Assembly: GCA_049322255.1 (NCBI GenBank)
Contig: JBMORE010000174.1
Coordinates: forward strand, 1-58,642
Length of the DNA: 58,642 nucleotides
Reading direction: 5' to 3'
Source of the DNA: Myxococcota bacterium
GTDB lineage: Bacteria; Myxococcota; Myxococcia; Myxococcales; Myxococcaceae
Shown: positions 20,208-29,505 of the stretch, piece after piece
How positions within the stretch are numbered: the first letter of the stretch is position 1
How the letters are laid out: every line of letters starts with the position of its first letter
Translations under genes and position numbers: made by a program
The notes under the pieces: generated by a model
What the model saw: only the letters and a program-made list of their open reading frames with translations
The model's database searches: none
Told to the model about the DNA's origin: nothing

Positions 20208-22406
20208 ATGCTCTGCCGGACGTGGCGCACCGTGGTCGTCCTCGCCTCGAGCGCCTGCCTGGTTGGCTGCCAGGGGTACGTGGGGGAGCTGGGCCAAGCG
20301 GAGGTGCTGCCCCAGGCAGAGCCACCGCCGGTACCCGGCCAAAGCCCGGTCATCTCCCGCTTTGCTTGCGAGCCTTCGGCAGGCAACCTTCCTTTCGAGG
20401 TGACTTGTCGCTGGGAGGTGAGCGACCCGCAAGGCGCTCCCGTTCGCTGCACCTTCGACGCCGACGGAAACGGCGTGGCCGAGCAAAGCATCGCCGACTG
20501 TCTCACCGTCACTTCCATCACCCACCGCTTCGCCGCCGCCGGAGTGTTCACCGCCCGGCTCGTCGCCGAGAACGACCGGGCGCGCGCCTCCGACATCGTG
20601 GTGGTCTTGGTGAGCGACCGGCCCAACCTCCCCCCGGAAATCACCGCGTTCGACGCCCGCCCTGCGGTGGGAACGGCTCCCCTCACCACCACACTGAGCT
20701 GGAGCGTCTCCGACCCGGAGGGGGGACCGCTGACCTGCGAGATCGATCTCTTCGCCGACGGCGTCGCCGAGCACGTGCTCTCCCCGTGCACTTCGGCGTC
20801 GAGCCAGCGCGTGACCTTCGCCGACCCCGGCGCGGTCGACGTGGTGCTCTCGGCGATCGACGCGGTGGGCCAGCGGGTGAGCCAGGCGCTGATCGTCACC
20901 GCGCGCGCACCGGTGGGCGACCTCTCCATCTCCAAAGTGGAGTGGGGCCAGTCGGTGATTTCCAGCACGCCTCGGCTGGTGGAGGGCAAGCCGGCGCTCT
21001 TGCGCATTCACGCGCTGGGCGACCGCGCGAACATCGCCGGGGTGGCGGTGCGCGCCGAGGGTTTCCGCAACGGCGTTTCGTTGGGCACGGTGAGCCTGAC
21101 CGGCCCGGCCTCCCCTCCCACCGCCGAGGTGCCCGGCACCTTGGCCCAGCAGTACCGCGGCACCGTGCCCGACACCTGGGTCGCCCCCAACCTCGAGGTG
21201 CGCGTGGAGGTCGACCCCGGCGACACCCTGGCGGAGACCGACGAGACCAACAACACGCTGACGGTGCAACCAACGGTGGGAGCGGGGAATGAAGTCTTCA
21301 TCACCCTGGTGCCCGTGGTGCACGCGGGGCAGCCGGCGCGGCTGAACCTGAACGTGGACGAGGCGATGCGGCAGCTGTGGCCGGTGAAGCGGGCACCGAC
21401 GCAGACCCGGGCGCCCTACACTTTCGGCGGCACGCTGGGAGCGACCTCCGCCACTGTCTGGGCGCAGCTTTTGGGCGAGCTGGCGCAGGTTCGCCAGGCC
21501 GACGGGAGCCGGCGCTACTACTACGGGCTGGTGCGGGTGGGCTACAGCAACGGCATCGCCGGCATCGGCTATCTGGGCCAGCCCGCGGCGGTGGGGCGCG
21601 ACGACTCCATCGAGACCGCGGTGCACGAGGTGGGGCACAACATGAACCGTGCGCATGCTCCGTGCGGCAACCCGGACCAGCCCGACCCCAGCTTTCCCTA
21701 CGCCAGCGCGCGTCTGGGGAGCTTCGGCTACGACTTCGTGAGCGGCGCGCTCATCGCCCCCACCGCCGCGTACGACGTGATGTCCTACTGCAGCCCGGAG
21801 TGGGTGTCCGACTTCAACTACCGGGCAGTGCAGACCTTCCTCGAGCAGAACCCTCCCAGCTCGGTGGGAGCACCCCCGCAGGCGGACGTTCTGATGTTCA
21901 GCGGGAGAGTGAGCGCCACCCGCGTCGAGCTGGGACCGGTGCAGCGCGTCTTGGGCACCCCATCGGTTCCGCGCGATGGTCCCTACACCCTGCGCGTCAC
22001 CTCCATGGGCCGGGTGGTCGAGGCTCCCTTCGATGTCACTCCTGTCGAGGACCTCGGCGTCGAGGAGGCCCACTTCACCGTGCTGATGCCCGACGTGGGC
22101 ACCCTCGAGTCGGTGGAGGTGCTTTCAGGCAGCCGAGTGCTCGCGCGTCGCGCCGCGGCGGCGGTGGTGCCCCAGAACGACATTCGCCTCACCGAGCGGG
22201 ACAACGCGCTACAAGTGGAGTGGGACGCCGTCCACCATCCGTATGCGCTCGTCGCCCACCTGGGGGATGGTGAGCGCACCACTTTGGCCGTCCGCCTCGA
22301 GGGGGGCCGGGCGGTGGTGCGCACCGACGGGCTGCCCGCGGGAGGGGCCTTCGAAATCAGCGTCTCCGACGGCATGAACACCGTTCGTCGTGTGGTGGAC
22401 CGGTAA
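20208..22406 (+). CDS. Lipoprotein with tandem PKD/Ig-like domains and an M66-like zinc metallopeptidase
   Basis: Lipobox LVGC; two similar domains (W.VSDP.G....C..D...GVAE.....C); CARDB-like ETDETNN; HEVGHNMNRAHAPCG and Met-turn DVMSYC. Confidence 0.82.
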   Translation: MLCRTWRTVVVLASSACLVGCQGYVGELGQAEVLPQAEPPPVPGQSPVISRFACEPSAGNLPFEVTCRWEVSDPQGAPVRCTFDADGNGVAEQSIADCLTVTSITHRFAAAGVFTARLVAENDRARASDIVVVLVSDRPNLPPEITAFDARPAVGTAPLTTTLSWSVSDPEGGPLTCEIDLFADGVAEHVLSPCTSASSQRVTFADPGAVDVVLSAIDAVGQRVSQALIVTARAPVGDLSISKVEWGQSVISSTPRLVEGKPALLRIHALGDRANIAGVAVRAEGFRNGVSLGTVSLTGPASPPTAEVPGTLAQQYRGTVPDTWVAPNLEVRVEVDPGDTLAETDETNNTLTVQPTVGAGNEVFITLVPVVHAGQPARLNLNVDEAMRQLWPVKRAPTQTRAPYTFGGTLGATSATVWAQLLGELAQVRQADGSRRYYYGLVRVGYSNGIAGIGYLGQPAAVGRDDSIETAVHEVGHNMNRAHAPCGNPDQPDPSFPYASARLGSFGYDFVSGALIAPTAAYDVMSYCSPEWVSDFNYRAVQTFLEQNPPSSVGAPPQADVLMFSGRVSATRVELGPVQRVLGTPSVPRDGPYTLRVTSMGRVVEAPFDVTPVEDLGVEEAHFTVLMPDVGTLESVEVLSGSRVLARRAAAAVVPQNDIRLTERDNALQVEWDAVHHPYALVAHLGDGERTTLAVRLEGGRAVVRTDGLPAGGAFEISVSDGMNTVRRVVDR

Positions 22407-22446
22407 CTTTCAGGTAAACCGGGCACACCGACGGCGGCGAAACTTC

Positions 22447-23037
22447 GTGAAAACGATTGCAGTCATCCTCGCAGCAGGCGCCAGCGAGCGCATGGGGCTA
22501 CCCAAGGCGCTGCTCGCCCTCGACGGCAAGAGCTTCGTGGGCGCCCTCGCGCACACGTTCGCCCGCGCGGGTTGTCAGGTGCTGGTGGTGGCCGGGCGCG
22601 ACGGCAGGCTCTTGCGAGAGAGCCGCCTTCAGCTCGAGGTGGTGCCCAACCGCCGTTGGCGCCAAGGCATGTTCGGCTCGGTGCGGGTGGGCCTGCGCGC
22701 CGCGCTCGCGCGAGGCGCCGACGTCGTGCTCGTGCACCCGGTGGATGCGCCGCGGCTTCGCTCCGCCACCGTCCGCTCCTTGGTGAAGGCTTTGAGGCGG
22801 GCGGACGCGGCGATTCCCTCGTACCGCGGGCGCACCGGGCACCCACTCGTCCTCTCCCATGCCGCGGCGCGGGCCATTCTCTCCATGCGCGGGGTACCGC
22901 ACCTCGAGGCAGCCTGGGGGCGTCTTTCCGCCAAGGTCGTCCCCACCCGCGATGCGGGGGTGAGCCTCAACGTGAATACCCCCGCGGCATACCGGGCGCT
23001 GGCGGGCCGTTCGCCCACGCTCGCTGTTGGAAAGTAG
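22447..23037 (+). CDS. MocA/MobA-like nucleotidyltransferase
   Basis: VILAAGASERMG..KALL, GMFGS, PVDAP, GHP and NVNTP. Confidence 0.88.
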   Translation: MKTIAVILAAGASERMGLPKALLALDGKSFVGALAHTFARAGCQVLVVAGRDGRLLRESRLQLEVVPNRRWRQGMFGSVRVGLRAALARGADVVLVHPVDAPRLRSATVRSLVKALRRADAAIPSYRGRTGHPLVLSHAAARAILSMRGVPHLEAAWGRLSAKVVPTRDAGVSLNVNTPAAYRALAGRSPTLAVGK

Positions 23038-23086
23038 CCGCCGTCGCTTCCGCAGAGCGCGAGGCGTCCATAGCGTTCATGGGCGC

Positions 23087-23359
23087 ATGAGGGGACGCAC
23101 GCTCGCCATGGTGGTGGTGGCCGCTTGTTCGGGCCAAGGCGGGCCCGATCCCGCTACCGATGGTGCCGTCGACGCCGGCCGACCGTACGCGTGCCTGTCG
23201 TCGAGCACCCCGTGCGCTTATTCGGCCTCATGCTGCTTTCCCATGCAGTGCATCGGAGGCGAGTGCCTGGAGTGCGTGGAGCCGCCCAAACCCTGCTCGC
23301 GGCTTTCCCCCTGCTGCCTCGGCTTCGTCTGCGTCTTGGGGCAATGCGTGGGCAGCTGA
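23087..23359 (+). CDS. Small Cys-rich lipoprotein with two cystine-knot-like motifs
   Basis: Lipobox-like VAAC, linker, then 2x C-x6-C-x5-CC-x4-C-x4-C. Confidence 0.7.
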   Translation: MRGRTLAMVVVAACSGQGGPDPATDGAVDAGRPYACLSSSTPCAYSASCCFPMQCIGGECLECVEPPKPCSRLSPCCLGFVCVLGQCVGS

Positions 23360-23386
23360 CTTCAAGGGGTGCCCGTCGAGCTTTCC

Positions 23387-24907
23387 TTACGAGGCTTCGG
23401 TGAGCGCGGGCGCGGCGGCCGGGGGCGCGCCGTCGAACTCGTAACCCACCTCCACGTCCAGCGCGAACCCGAAGGTGTTGTCGTAGCGCTGCACGTCAGG
23501 GTTGACACGGAAGGTCTTGAAGGCTCTCCCGTTCACGAAGAGAAAAGGGAGGAGCTTCATTCGTGCTCCGGCGAAAAAGACGGACTTCTCGTCGAGCAGG
23601 CCCACCTCACCGAGGCCAGAAAAGCCGCGCTTGTAATACGAGCCGAAGAACTGCAAGAGATCGACCGCCGGCACCTCGAGGTGAACGACGAAGTTCTTCT
23701 CCGGCCCGCCCGAGGTCCCCTCGATGGCAGCGGTGAAGCCCACCTTGCCGCGGACACCGTACGAGCCCTCGACGTAGTACCCCAGGCGTTGGGGAAGGCG
23801 CCCGCTCATCACGTCTTGGTACTTGGTGGCGAAGCGGCCGATGCCGGGAAAGGCGGGGGCCTCCGGCAGGTCGGCGGCGACGAAGCGCTCGACCTCGTAG
23901 AAGGTGTCGAAGTACGAGGGGACGTAGCGCGAGCCCAGCCAGCGAAGCTCGAGCACCGCGCGAAAGGCATGCACCGTCTCTTCGCCGACGTTGAAGCGCC
24001 CCAGGCCGCCGAGGGTGAACCCACCGTCGCCCCCCAGCAGCATCGAGTAGTCGACGTAGGGTTTGATGTCGACCTCACGCGTCTTCACCATCTTCACCTC
24101 GACGTCCGCGCCCACCAGCACCACCGGGGTGCGCGTGGCCCGCATGCGCCCGTGCTCGTCGAGCAGCCGAACGCCGACGTTCGGATCGGTCAGTAGCTCA
24201 CGAGGCGCGCGAAAGTCCGCCGCCGCCCCGATGCCCAACGACAACGAGCGCATCACCACGCCGTCACCAAAAGAGGCCAGCGGCTTCACGAAGGCCAACC
24301 CGGAGAGCAGGTTCCACTCCACCACGTCGTTGGTGAGCAGCTCGAAGCCGGCGTAGTCGTTGTAGGCGTCGAGCTGGGCGGACACGCGCGTCAAGTCGAC
24401 GTCGACGTTGGGAGCGTAGCGCCGCACCAGGGCGCCGTGGCCGATCGACGAAGCGTACCGTTGGCCGACGTTGAGATAGAGCCGATCCTCCTTGCGCCCA
24501 TAGGTGACGTACTTGAGCACCTTGGCGAAGTCCTGCGGCTCGTCGTAGTCCTGTGCGCGCAGCTCACCCAACCGGCGGGAGAGCAGCGGCTGTCCCGACT
24601 CGTCGCGACCGAAGTTGAACACCTCGAAGCGTAAGGGCACCCCCACTCCCACCGCCAACCGCTTCTCGAGAAAGCGCAGATCCACCTGCGGCTCGAGGAG
24701 GGCGTAGTAGACCTCTCCCACCCGGTCGAGCCCGAGGGAGACGCCGAGGCGGTTGTTCTTCGTCACCACCCGGTCGCTGCCCAAAAAGGCCGAGAGCTCG
24801 CCCTTGACGAAGTCCTGCACCGGCGCCTCGAGGAGTGGCGGCGGGGACAGCGGGGCCTCCTCCAGCGAAGCCAGCGCGGCCACCCCGATGAAAACGAGCG
24901 TGTGCAT
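23387..24907 (-). CDS. Hypothetical outer-membrane beta-barrel protein
   Basis: Signal peptide, extensive amphipathic strands ending LDVEVGYEF, then a short tail. Confidence 0.75.
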   Translation of the reverse strand: MHTLVFIGVAALASLEEAPLSPPPLLEAPVQDFVKGELSAFLGSDRVVTKNNRLGVSLGLDRVGEVYYALLEPQVDLRFLEKRLAVGVGVPLRFEVFNFGRDESGQPLLSRRLGELRAQDYDEPQDFAKVLKYVTYGRKEDRLYLNVGQRYASSIGHGALVRRYAPNVDVDLTRVSAQLDAYNDYAGFELLTNDVVEWNLLSGLAFVKPLASFGDGVVMRSLSLGIGAAADFRAPRELLTDPNVGVRLLDEHGRMRATRTPVVLVGADVEVKMVKTREVDIKPYVDYSMLLGGDGGFTLGGLGRFNVGEETVHAFRAVLELRWLGSRYVPSYFDTFYEVERFVAADLPEAPAFPGIGRFATKYQDVMSGRLPQRLGYYVEGSYGVRGKVGFTAAIEGTSGGPEKNFVVHLEVPAVDLLQFFGSYYKRGFSGLGEVGLLDEKSVFFAGARMKLLPFLFVNGRAFKTFRVNPDVQRYDNTFGFALDVEVGYEFDGAPPAAAPALTEAS

Positions 24908-24945
24908 GTTCCCTCACCTAAAGACCTGTTCGCCCCGCGCAAGCC

Positions 24946-25143
24946 TCACGGTACGGGCGAAAGGAGGACGTAGTAGATGGAGGCGAAATACTTCGACAGC
25001 CCGTTCATCAGCTGGACGAGGAAAGGCCAGCCCGCCACTCCGCCGACGAGAATCACCACCGAGACCACCGAGTACTCGACCATCGCCTGACCGCGGAGGA
25101 GAGCTATTCGTTTTTTCGCCGCTTTTGGCAGTCGTCGATGCAT
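24946..25143 (-). CDS. Short Tad/Flp-type prepilin
   Basis: ATG 25143 with GGAG RBS. Basic leader, then RG|QAMVEY (G-1, E+5, Y+6) and a hydrophobic helix; 65 aa. Confidence 0.75.
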   Translation of the reverse strand: MHRRLPKAAKKRIALLRGQAMVEYSVVSVVILVGGVAGWPFLVQLMNGLSKYFASIYYVLLSPVP

Positions 25144-25325
25144 TGCTTCTCCACCTGCGCGCACCCCGTCGAGCACCTGGCCCCCGCCTTCTTTGCGTAC
25201 TCCTTGCAAACCTTCACGCAGAGTGGGGTGTCTTGCTGACAGCCCTTGATGCACTGCGCCTCGCTCTCGGCGAACGCCGCCCCGAGCCACAGAAAGACGA
25301 GCCATGCTGTCGCCCTCGCTCCCAT
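25104..25325 (-). CDS. Secreted Cys-rich miniprotein (4x CX3C)
   Basis: Signal peptide ending AFA, then CIKGC, CVKVC, CSTGC and CIDDC. Confidence 0.65.
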   Translation of the reverse strand: MGARATAWLVFLWLGAAFAESEAQCIKGCQQDTPLCVKVCKEYAKKAGARCSTGCAQVEKQCIDDCQKRRKNE

Positions 25326-25332
25326 CGCACCC

Positions 25333-26178
25333 TTACGCCCCCTTCGCCAGCGTCATGTACACCGCCGCGCCCGCGGGCGGGTGCTCCGAGGACGAGAGGT
25401 TTCGAATCCAGATGGACGCGCTCACATTAGCCCGTCGGGCTTCCAGCCGCATCGCCCCGCGCTCGCCCACCCGCGCAGGTTCGACCCGCCAGCCTCGCTG
25501 AGAAAGCGCCTGGGCGTAGTGGTCGGCTACCTCTTTCACCGAGGCATGGGGGACGGTGGTGAAGACCGAGGTTTGGGTCCGCCCCCCCTCTTCGAAGGCG
25601 TAGACCGCGCTACCGAGCGCACCTTCGGGCGCGGGCACGTTCTCGGGCAGCGGCCCCTTCACCGGAAGGAGCGCCCCGGGGTGACTCGCCGAAGGGAAAA
25701 CGAGGGTCTTCCCGTGCTGCCAGAGCACCGACACGAGGTGCAGCGTCTTGGTCCCTGGATTGAAATAGCCCGCGTAGCCGGCGTAGGGGCTGTAGCGGTG
25801 GGACACCACCGGATAGCCGTTGGCGAGCAACTGCTCCTCGTAGAAACGCAAGACCTGCTCGGGGTCGTCCTCGGTCTGAAACCAGGCGATGTGCACGGGG
25901 GCCCCCTGCGAGCGAACACCCTCGGCGAGGTTTTTGGGCGAAGCGTTGGGGTACGGGGGCAGCCCTTCCAGCGCGAGGCTGGGCAGGGGCGAGCCCGGCG
26001 GCGGCGCGCCTCGGGGAGCACGAGGAAGGTGCGCGGGCGAGAGTGGGTCGGCCGGCTCCGTCTGCGATTGCATGGCCGTTCTTCCTCGCTCGATGACGAC
26101 CCCGAGGACCAAGCCCAGCACCGCCGCGGCCCCGAGCAGGTGCGCCGGGCGCAAACCTTTCGAAGCACCGGTCAGCAT
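25333..26178 (-). CDS. Membrane-anchored hypothetical protein in the Tad cluster (two similar domains)
   Basis: N-terminal TM; duplicated motif (EQVLRFYEEQLLANGY / KEVADHYAQALSQRGW); start overlaps the upstream stop. Confidence 0.7.
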   Translation of the reverse strand: MLTGASKGLRPAHLLGAAAVLGLVLGVVIERGRTAMQSQTEPADPLSPAHLPRAPRGAPPPGSPLPSLALEGLPPYPNASPKNLAEGVRSQGAPVHIAWFQTEDDPEQVLRFYEEQLLANGYPVVSHRYSPYAGYAGYFNPGTKTLHLVSVLWQHGKTLVFPSASHPGALLPVKGPLPENVPAPEGALGSAVYAFEEGGRTQTSVFTTVPHASVKEVADHYAQALSQRGWRVEPARVGERGAMRLEARRANVSASIWIRNLSSSEHPPAGAAVYMTLAKGA

Positions 26179-27161
26179 CAGGGCTGCGCCTCGTCGACGT
26201 TGCCCATGTAGTAGCCGCCACGGCCGTTCCAGGTGGCCTCGTGCTCATCGCTCGACCAGTCTTTCCACGGCGTCGCGTGGTAGCTGCCTTGGCCGCCCTC
26301 CTGCTCGATGCGGGCGGGCGGGGGGGCCTTGGTGGTGGAGCCGTGGAGAATGGAAACGTTGGGCTTCGACGGGTCATCCCACCACGCCAAGAGGGCCGGG
26401 GAGAGGAGCTCCTTTTGGCCGCTCAGGAGGAGAGCGAACACTTTCAGAGGGGCGTCGGCCTGGGGGTTCGTCGTGTAGGCCTTGTTCACGCGGTCGTAGA
26501 GCAGCCCGTCTTCCGCGACGGTGCGGTCTTGCGTGGTATTGAGCGCCCAGGTGTCGGTGACCAGGCCGAACTCTTGGGAGTCGAGCAGGTACACGTCGCC
26601 GGCGGCGGCGCCACTTCCTTCCGAGTGTACAGCGCCGCTCATCTTCTTCCGGTCGGTCATCACCGTCTGGCTGAACTCCGAAAAGAGTGTCTGCGGCAAG
26701 AGGTAGTTGAGCACCGCCACCCGCGCCGAGCACTGGTAGAAACCACCGCGGTTGAACTCCTCGTGGATCGCTCCCGGGATGAGGCCGGCGAATTTTCCTT
26801 CGTTCTTGCTCAGCTGACAGGTCACCTGCTTGCTGCCTTGGGTCAACCAGCACACGTGCGCGCCCACCGCCTGGTGGTGGTTCTGGTCCTCGCACTCGAA
26901 GCTCTCGTCGAACGAGTTGTACGCCGAGGTGTGGTCGCACCAGGACAGACGGTTGAAGTGCTGCACGTCCCAGAGCGCGGGGGCGCTCGGCTGATAGCTC
27001 TGGGTGGTGAAGTCCCACGGCGAAGAGACCACCGCCTCTTGCAGGTCGAGGCGGTAGCGCAAAAGGTCGTCGAGGAAGAGCGCGTACAAGAAGATGGGGA
27101 TGAGGACGATCATGGAGATCGCCAGCTCCACCGTGGCTCCGCCGCGTACGCGCCGTCTCAT
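26178..27161 (-). CDS. TadE-like minor pilin
   Basis: MRRRVRG|GATVELAISMIVLIP prepilin motif; ATGA overlap with the upstream gene. Confidence 0.8.
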   Translation of the reverse strand: MRRRVRGGATVELAISMIVLIPIFLYALFLDDLLRYRLDLQEAVVSSPWDFTTQSYQPSAPALWDVQHFNRLSWCDHTSAYNSFDESFECEDQNHHQAVGAHVCWLTQGSKQVTCQLSKNEGKFAGLIPGAIHEEFNRGGFYQCSARVAVLNYLLPQTLFSEFSQTVMTDRKKMSGAVHSEGSGAAAGDVYLLDSQEFGLVTDTWALNTTQDRTVAEDGLLYDRVNKAYTTNPQADAPLKVFALLLSGQKELLSPALLAWWDDPSKPNVSILHGSTTKAPPPARIEQEGGQGSYHATPWKDWSSDEHEATWNGRGGYYMGNVDEAQP

Positions 27162-28687
27162 GGCTCTGTCCCCTCCACCGGCGCCACTGCGGAAAGCTGC
27201 GCCCCCTCGACATCGCCGGCCTTCATCAAGACCTGCTCCGCCTCGCCTTGCTTGAAGGGGTGCAGCTTGGCCCGCCAGTAAGGGTTGAACAGGTTGGGGT
27301 GCTCTCGCCAGTCGCCCAGGCGGTGGTAGTAGACCTTCGCCTTGGAGAGCCCACGCGCTTGCAGCTTGGGAGCCAAGGTAAGCGTGCCCTCCCCCTGTTC
27401 CCCGTGCTCGATCGTCACCGAGCCCGACTGGTTGAGCTCCCAGGGGCCCTTCTTGCCCTGCTTGTTCAGCCGAGCGTCCTGGGTGATGTACGCAAACACC
27501 GAGGGCTGGCCGAAGTCGTTCGCGGCGCTCTTGTCGGCGCGGAAGTGCATGAAGCAGTTCCCGTTCGTCGTACAGGTGTCGTTGGTCTGAATGGTCTCGA
27601 ACCGGTCGTGCTTGCCTTCGTGCGCGTTGGCAGGCAGGTGCCTGCCCCCACTGGCGTTGGAGTAAACCTCGGCGCCGTAGTCGTTGTTGCCCAGCCCGTG
27701 CCGCCACTGGCTCATGAGGGAGCCGTGCTCGCAGGCGCCGATGGTGATGCCCTCGCTGCCCTGGCCGGTCGACTCGAGCTCGCCTCTGCTCGCGTTGCTC
27801 ACCACCTTGGCGGTGCCCTGATGCTTCCACGCGATGGTGATGCCCTCACCCTGGATACCCGTCATCAGGTCCTTCAAGAAAGAGGGGTTCAAGTGCACCG
27901 GGAACGTGGTGCCGGTACGCTTCGCCGGCCAGCCCGGGCGGGTGGCGTTGACGACCTCGGCCATCACCTTGCTGCGGGCGGCGCGGTCGAGCGAAGGGCG
28001 GCCGGAGCAAGGCAGGCTGGTGTTGTCGAGGGCGCAGGCGAACTGCTGCACGTTGAGCTCCCCCACTCCCTGCGCCGAGGAGACGCCGCGGGCCTGCGGG
28101 GCGTTGACCCGCTCGACCTTTTCCAACCGGCCGCCCTCGAGCACCGAGACGGTGAAATCCATCACCTCGCGCTGTGACTCGTGGAGGGAGTCCACTTGGA
28201 GGTCGAAGGCCTCGACGGCCTCGTTGAACTCTTTCTCCAAATCCTTCACCGAGTCTCCGTACTTGCGCGACTCCTTGGCGAATTTGCTCGCGATCTCTAG
28301 GGCCTGCCCTCCGTCTGCGCAGTGCTCGCACCCCACCCCCAGTGGGCAGGGCAGGCACAGCACGAACTCCATCCCCGCGATTTGGTAAAAGTTTTCCTGC
28401 GCGGTCGCCATCATCTCGGCGGTCACGCTCATCGACGCCATGTACGCGTGCAGGCTGGTCATGGTGACGTAGCTTGCCGCCATGGTGCGGTTGGTGAAGG
28501 CGAAGTAATTCATCGCCCGCGCCTCGATGGTGGCCATCGAGTACGCCATCGCGTCGCTGTGCTGCTGCACCCGAATCTTCTCGTGGAGCGTCTGGCTCAG
28601 GTTGAAGCTGAGCATCAGCATCAGCGCCAAGACGAGCAGCGTCAGCGCGCCCAGCGCCATCACCTGTCCGCGGCCGCGGAATCTCAC
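27158..28687 (-). CDS. TadG-like minor pilin (tip adhesin-type)
   Basis: RGRG|QVMALGALTLLVL...KIRVQQHSDAMAYS..EAR.MN Tad N-terminus, Cys cluster, C-terminal PNLFNPYWRAKL. GTGA overlap start. Confidence 0.82.
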   Translation of the reverse strand: MRFRGRGQVMALGALTLLVLALMLMLSFNLSQTLHEKIRVQQHSDAMAYSMATIEARAMNYFAFTNRTMAASYVTMTSLHAYMASMSVTAEMMATAQENFYQIAGMEFVLCLPCPLGVGCEHCADGGQALEIASKFAKESRKYGDSVKDLEKEFNEAVEAFDLQVDSLHESQREVMDFTVSVLEGGRLEKVERVNAPQARGVSSAQGVGELNVQQFACALDNTSLPCSGRPSLDRAARSKVMAEVVNATRPGWPAKRTGTTFPVHLNPSFLKDLMTGIQGEGITIAWKHQGTAKVVSNASRGELESTGQGSEGITIGACEHGSLMSQWRHGLGNNDYGAEVYSNASGGRHLPANAHEGKHDRFETIQTNDTCTTNGNCFMHFRADKSAANDFGQPSVFAYITQDARLNKQGKKGPWELNQSGSVTIEHGEQGEGTLTLAPKLQARGLSKAKVYYHRLGDWREHPNLFNPYWRAKLHPFKQGEAEQVLMKAGDVEGAQLSAVAPVEGTEP

Positions 28688-29466
28688 GGGCCCTTCTTTC
28701 CGAACGGAATGACGCATTGGTTCTGGGTGGGCAGCGGCTCGGTGTGGAGGTTCGACTGCATGCGCATCGTGTAGCTGGCGCGAATCGGCAGGATGTAGAT
28801 TTTCTCGGCCTCGGCGACCTCGGTGTACTTGTCGTTCTTTGGCACGGAGGCCTCTTTGCCCATGCGCAAGACGTTCAACAAGGTCGCCCGCTCCTGCCCA
28901 CGGGCGATGAGGTGCACCACCATGTTCGCGAAGGGAATGGGCAGGCGGTAGTTGAAGGTCACCTGCACCGAGAGCTTGGTGCGCTCGTGCTCTTCCCACG
29001 AGCTTCCGGCGGCGATACTAGGGTCGTCGAAGTCGAGCTCCTTGGTGCTGGGAGAGGACAGCCCCTGCACGTGACGCTGGAGCGGGTGGCAGATGGTCAC
29101 CTCGGCGTACTTCATGCCCTGCGCGTCGGGCATGGTGTTCGCCCGCACGCCAAAGGCCTGCCACTTGGCGCGAAAGTCAGAGGCGCTCGCCATCGGCTTC
29201 ACCACCTCCGCCCCCGAGCTGTCGTGGCTGACGAGCGGCAACAGCACCGCCAGCGCCGCGCGTTCCATGGTGGCGACATCGTTGTGGTGAAGAGCCCCCG
29301 CACGCACGGCCTTGTAGGCGGCGTACTTGGTGACCAGCCGCGCCTGGTGCATCAGCCCGAGCTGGAGAATGCCGAGCAGGAGAAACACGAAGAGCGGCAT
29401 GACGATAGCCGTCTCCACCGCGGCCTGACCGCTCTGCTGCATAGGCTGTGAGCTTCGCGCACCCAT
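28684..29466 (-). CDS. TadE-like minor pilin
   Basis: SG|QAAVETAIVMPLFVFLLLGILQ...YAAYKAVRAG. Confidence 0.85.
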   Translation of the reverse strand: MGARSSQPMQQSGQAAVETAIVMPLFVFLLLGILQLGLMHQARLVTKYAAYKAVRAGALHHNDVATMERAALAVLLPLVSHDSSGAEVVKPMASASDFRAKWQAFGVRANTMPDAQGMKYAEVTICHPLQRHVQGLSSPSTKELDFDDPSIAAGSSWEEHERTKLSVQVTFNYRLPIPFANMVVHLIARGQERATLLNVLRMGKEASVPKNDKYTEVAEAEKIYILPIRASYTMRMQSNLHTEPLPTQNQCVIPFGKKGP

Positions 29467-29505
29467 GGGCCTTGTAATTATCGGGAGTCTGTTGCCGGCG
29501 TTTCC

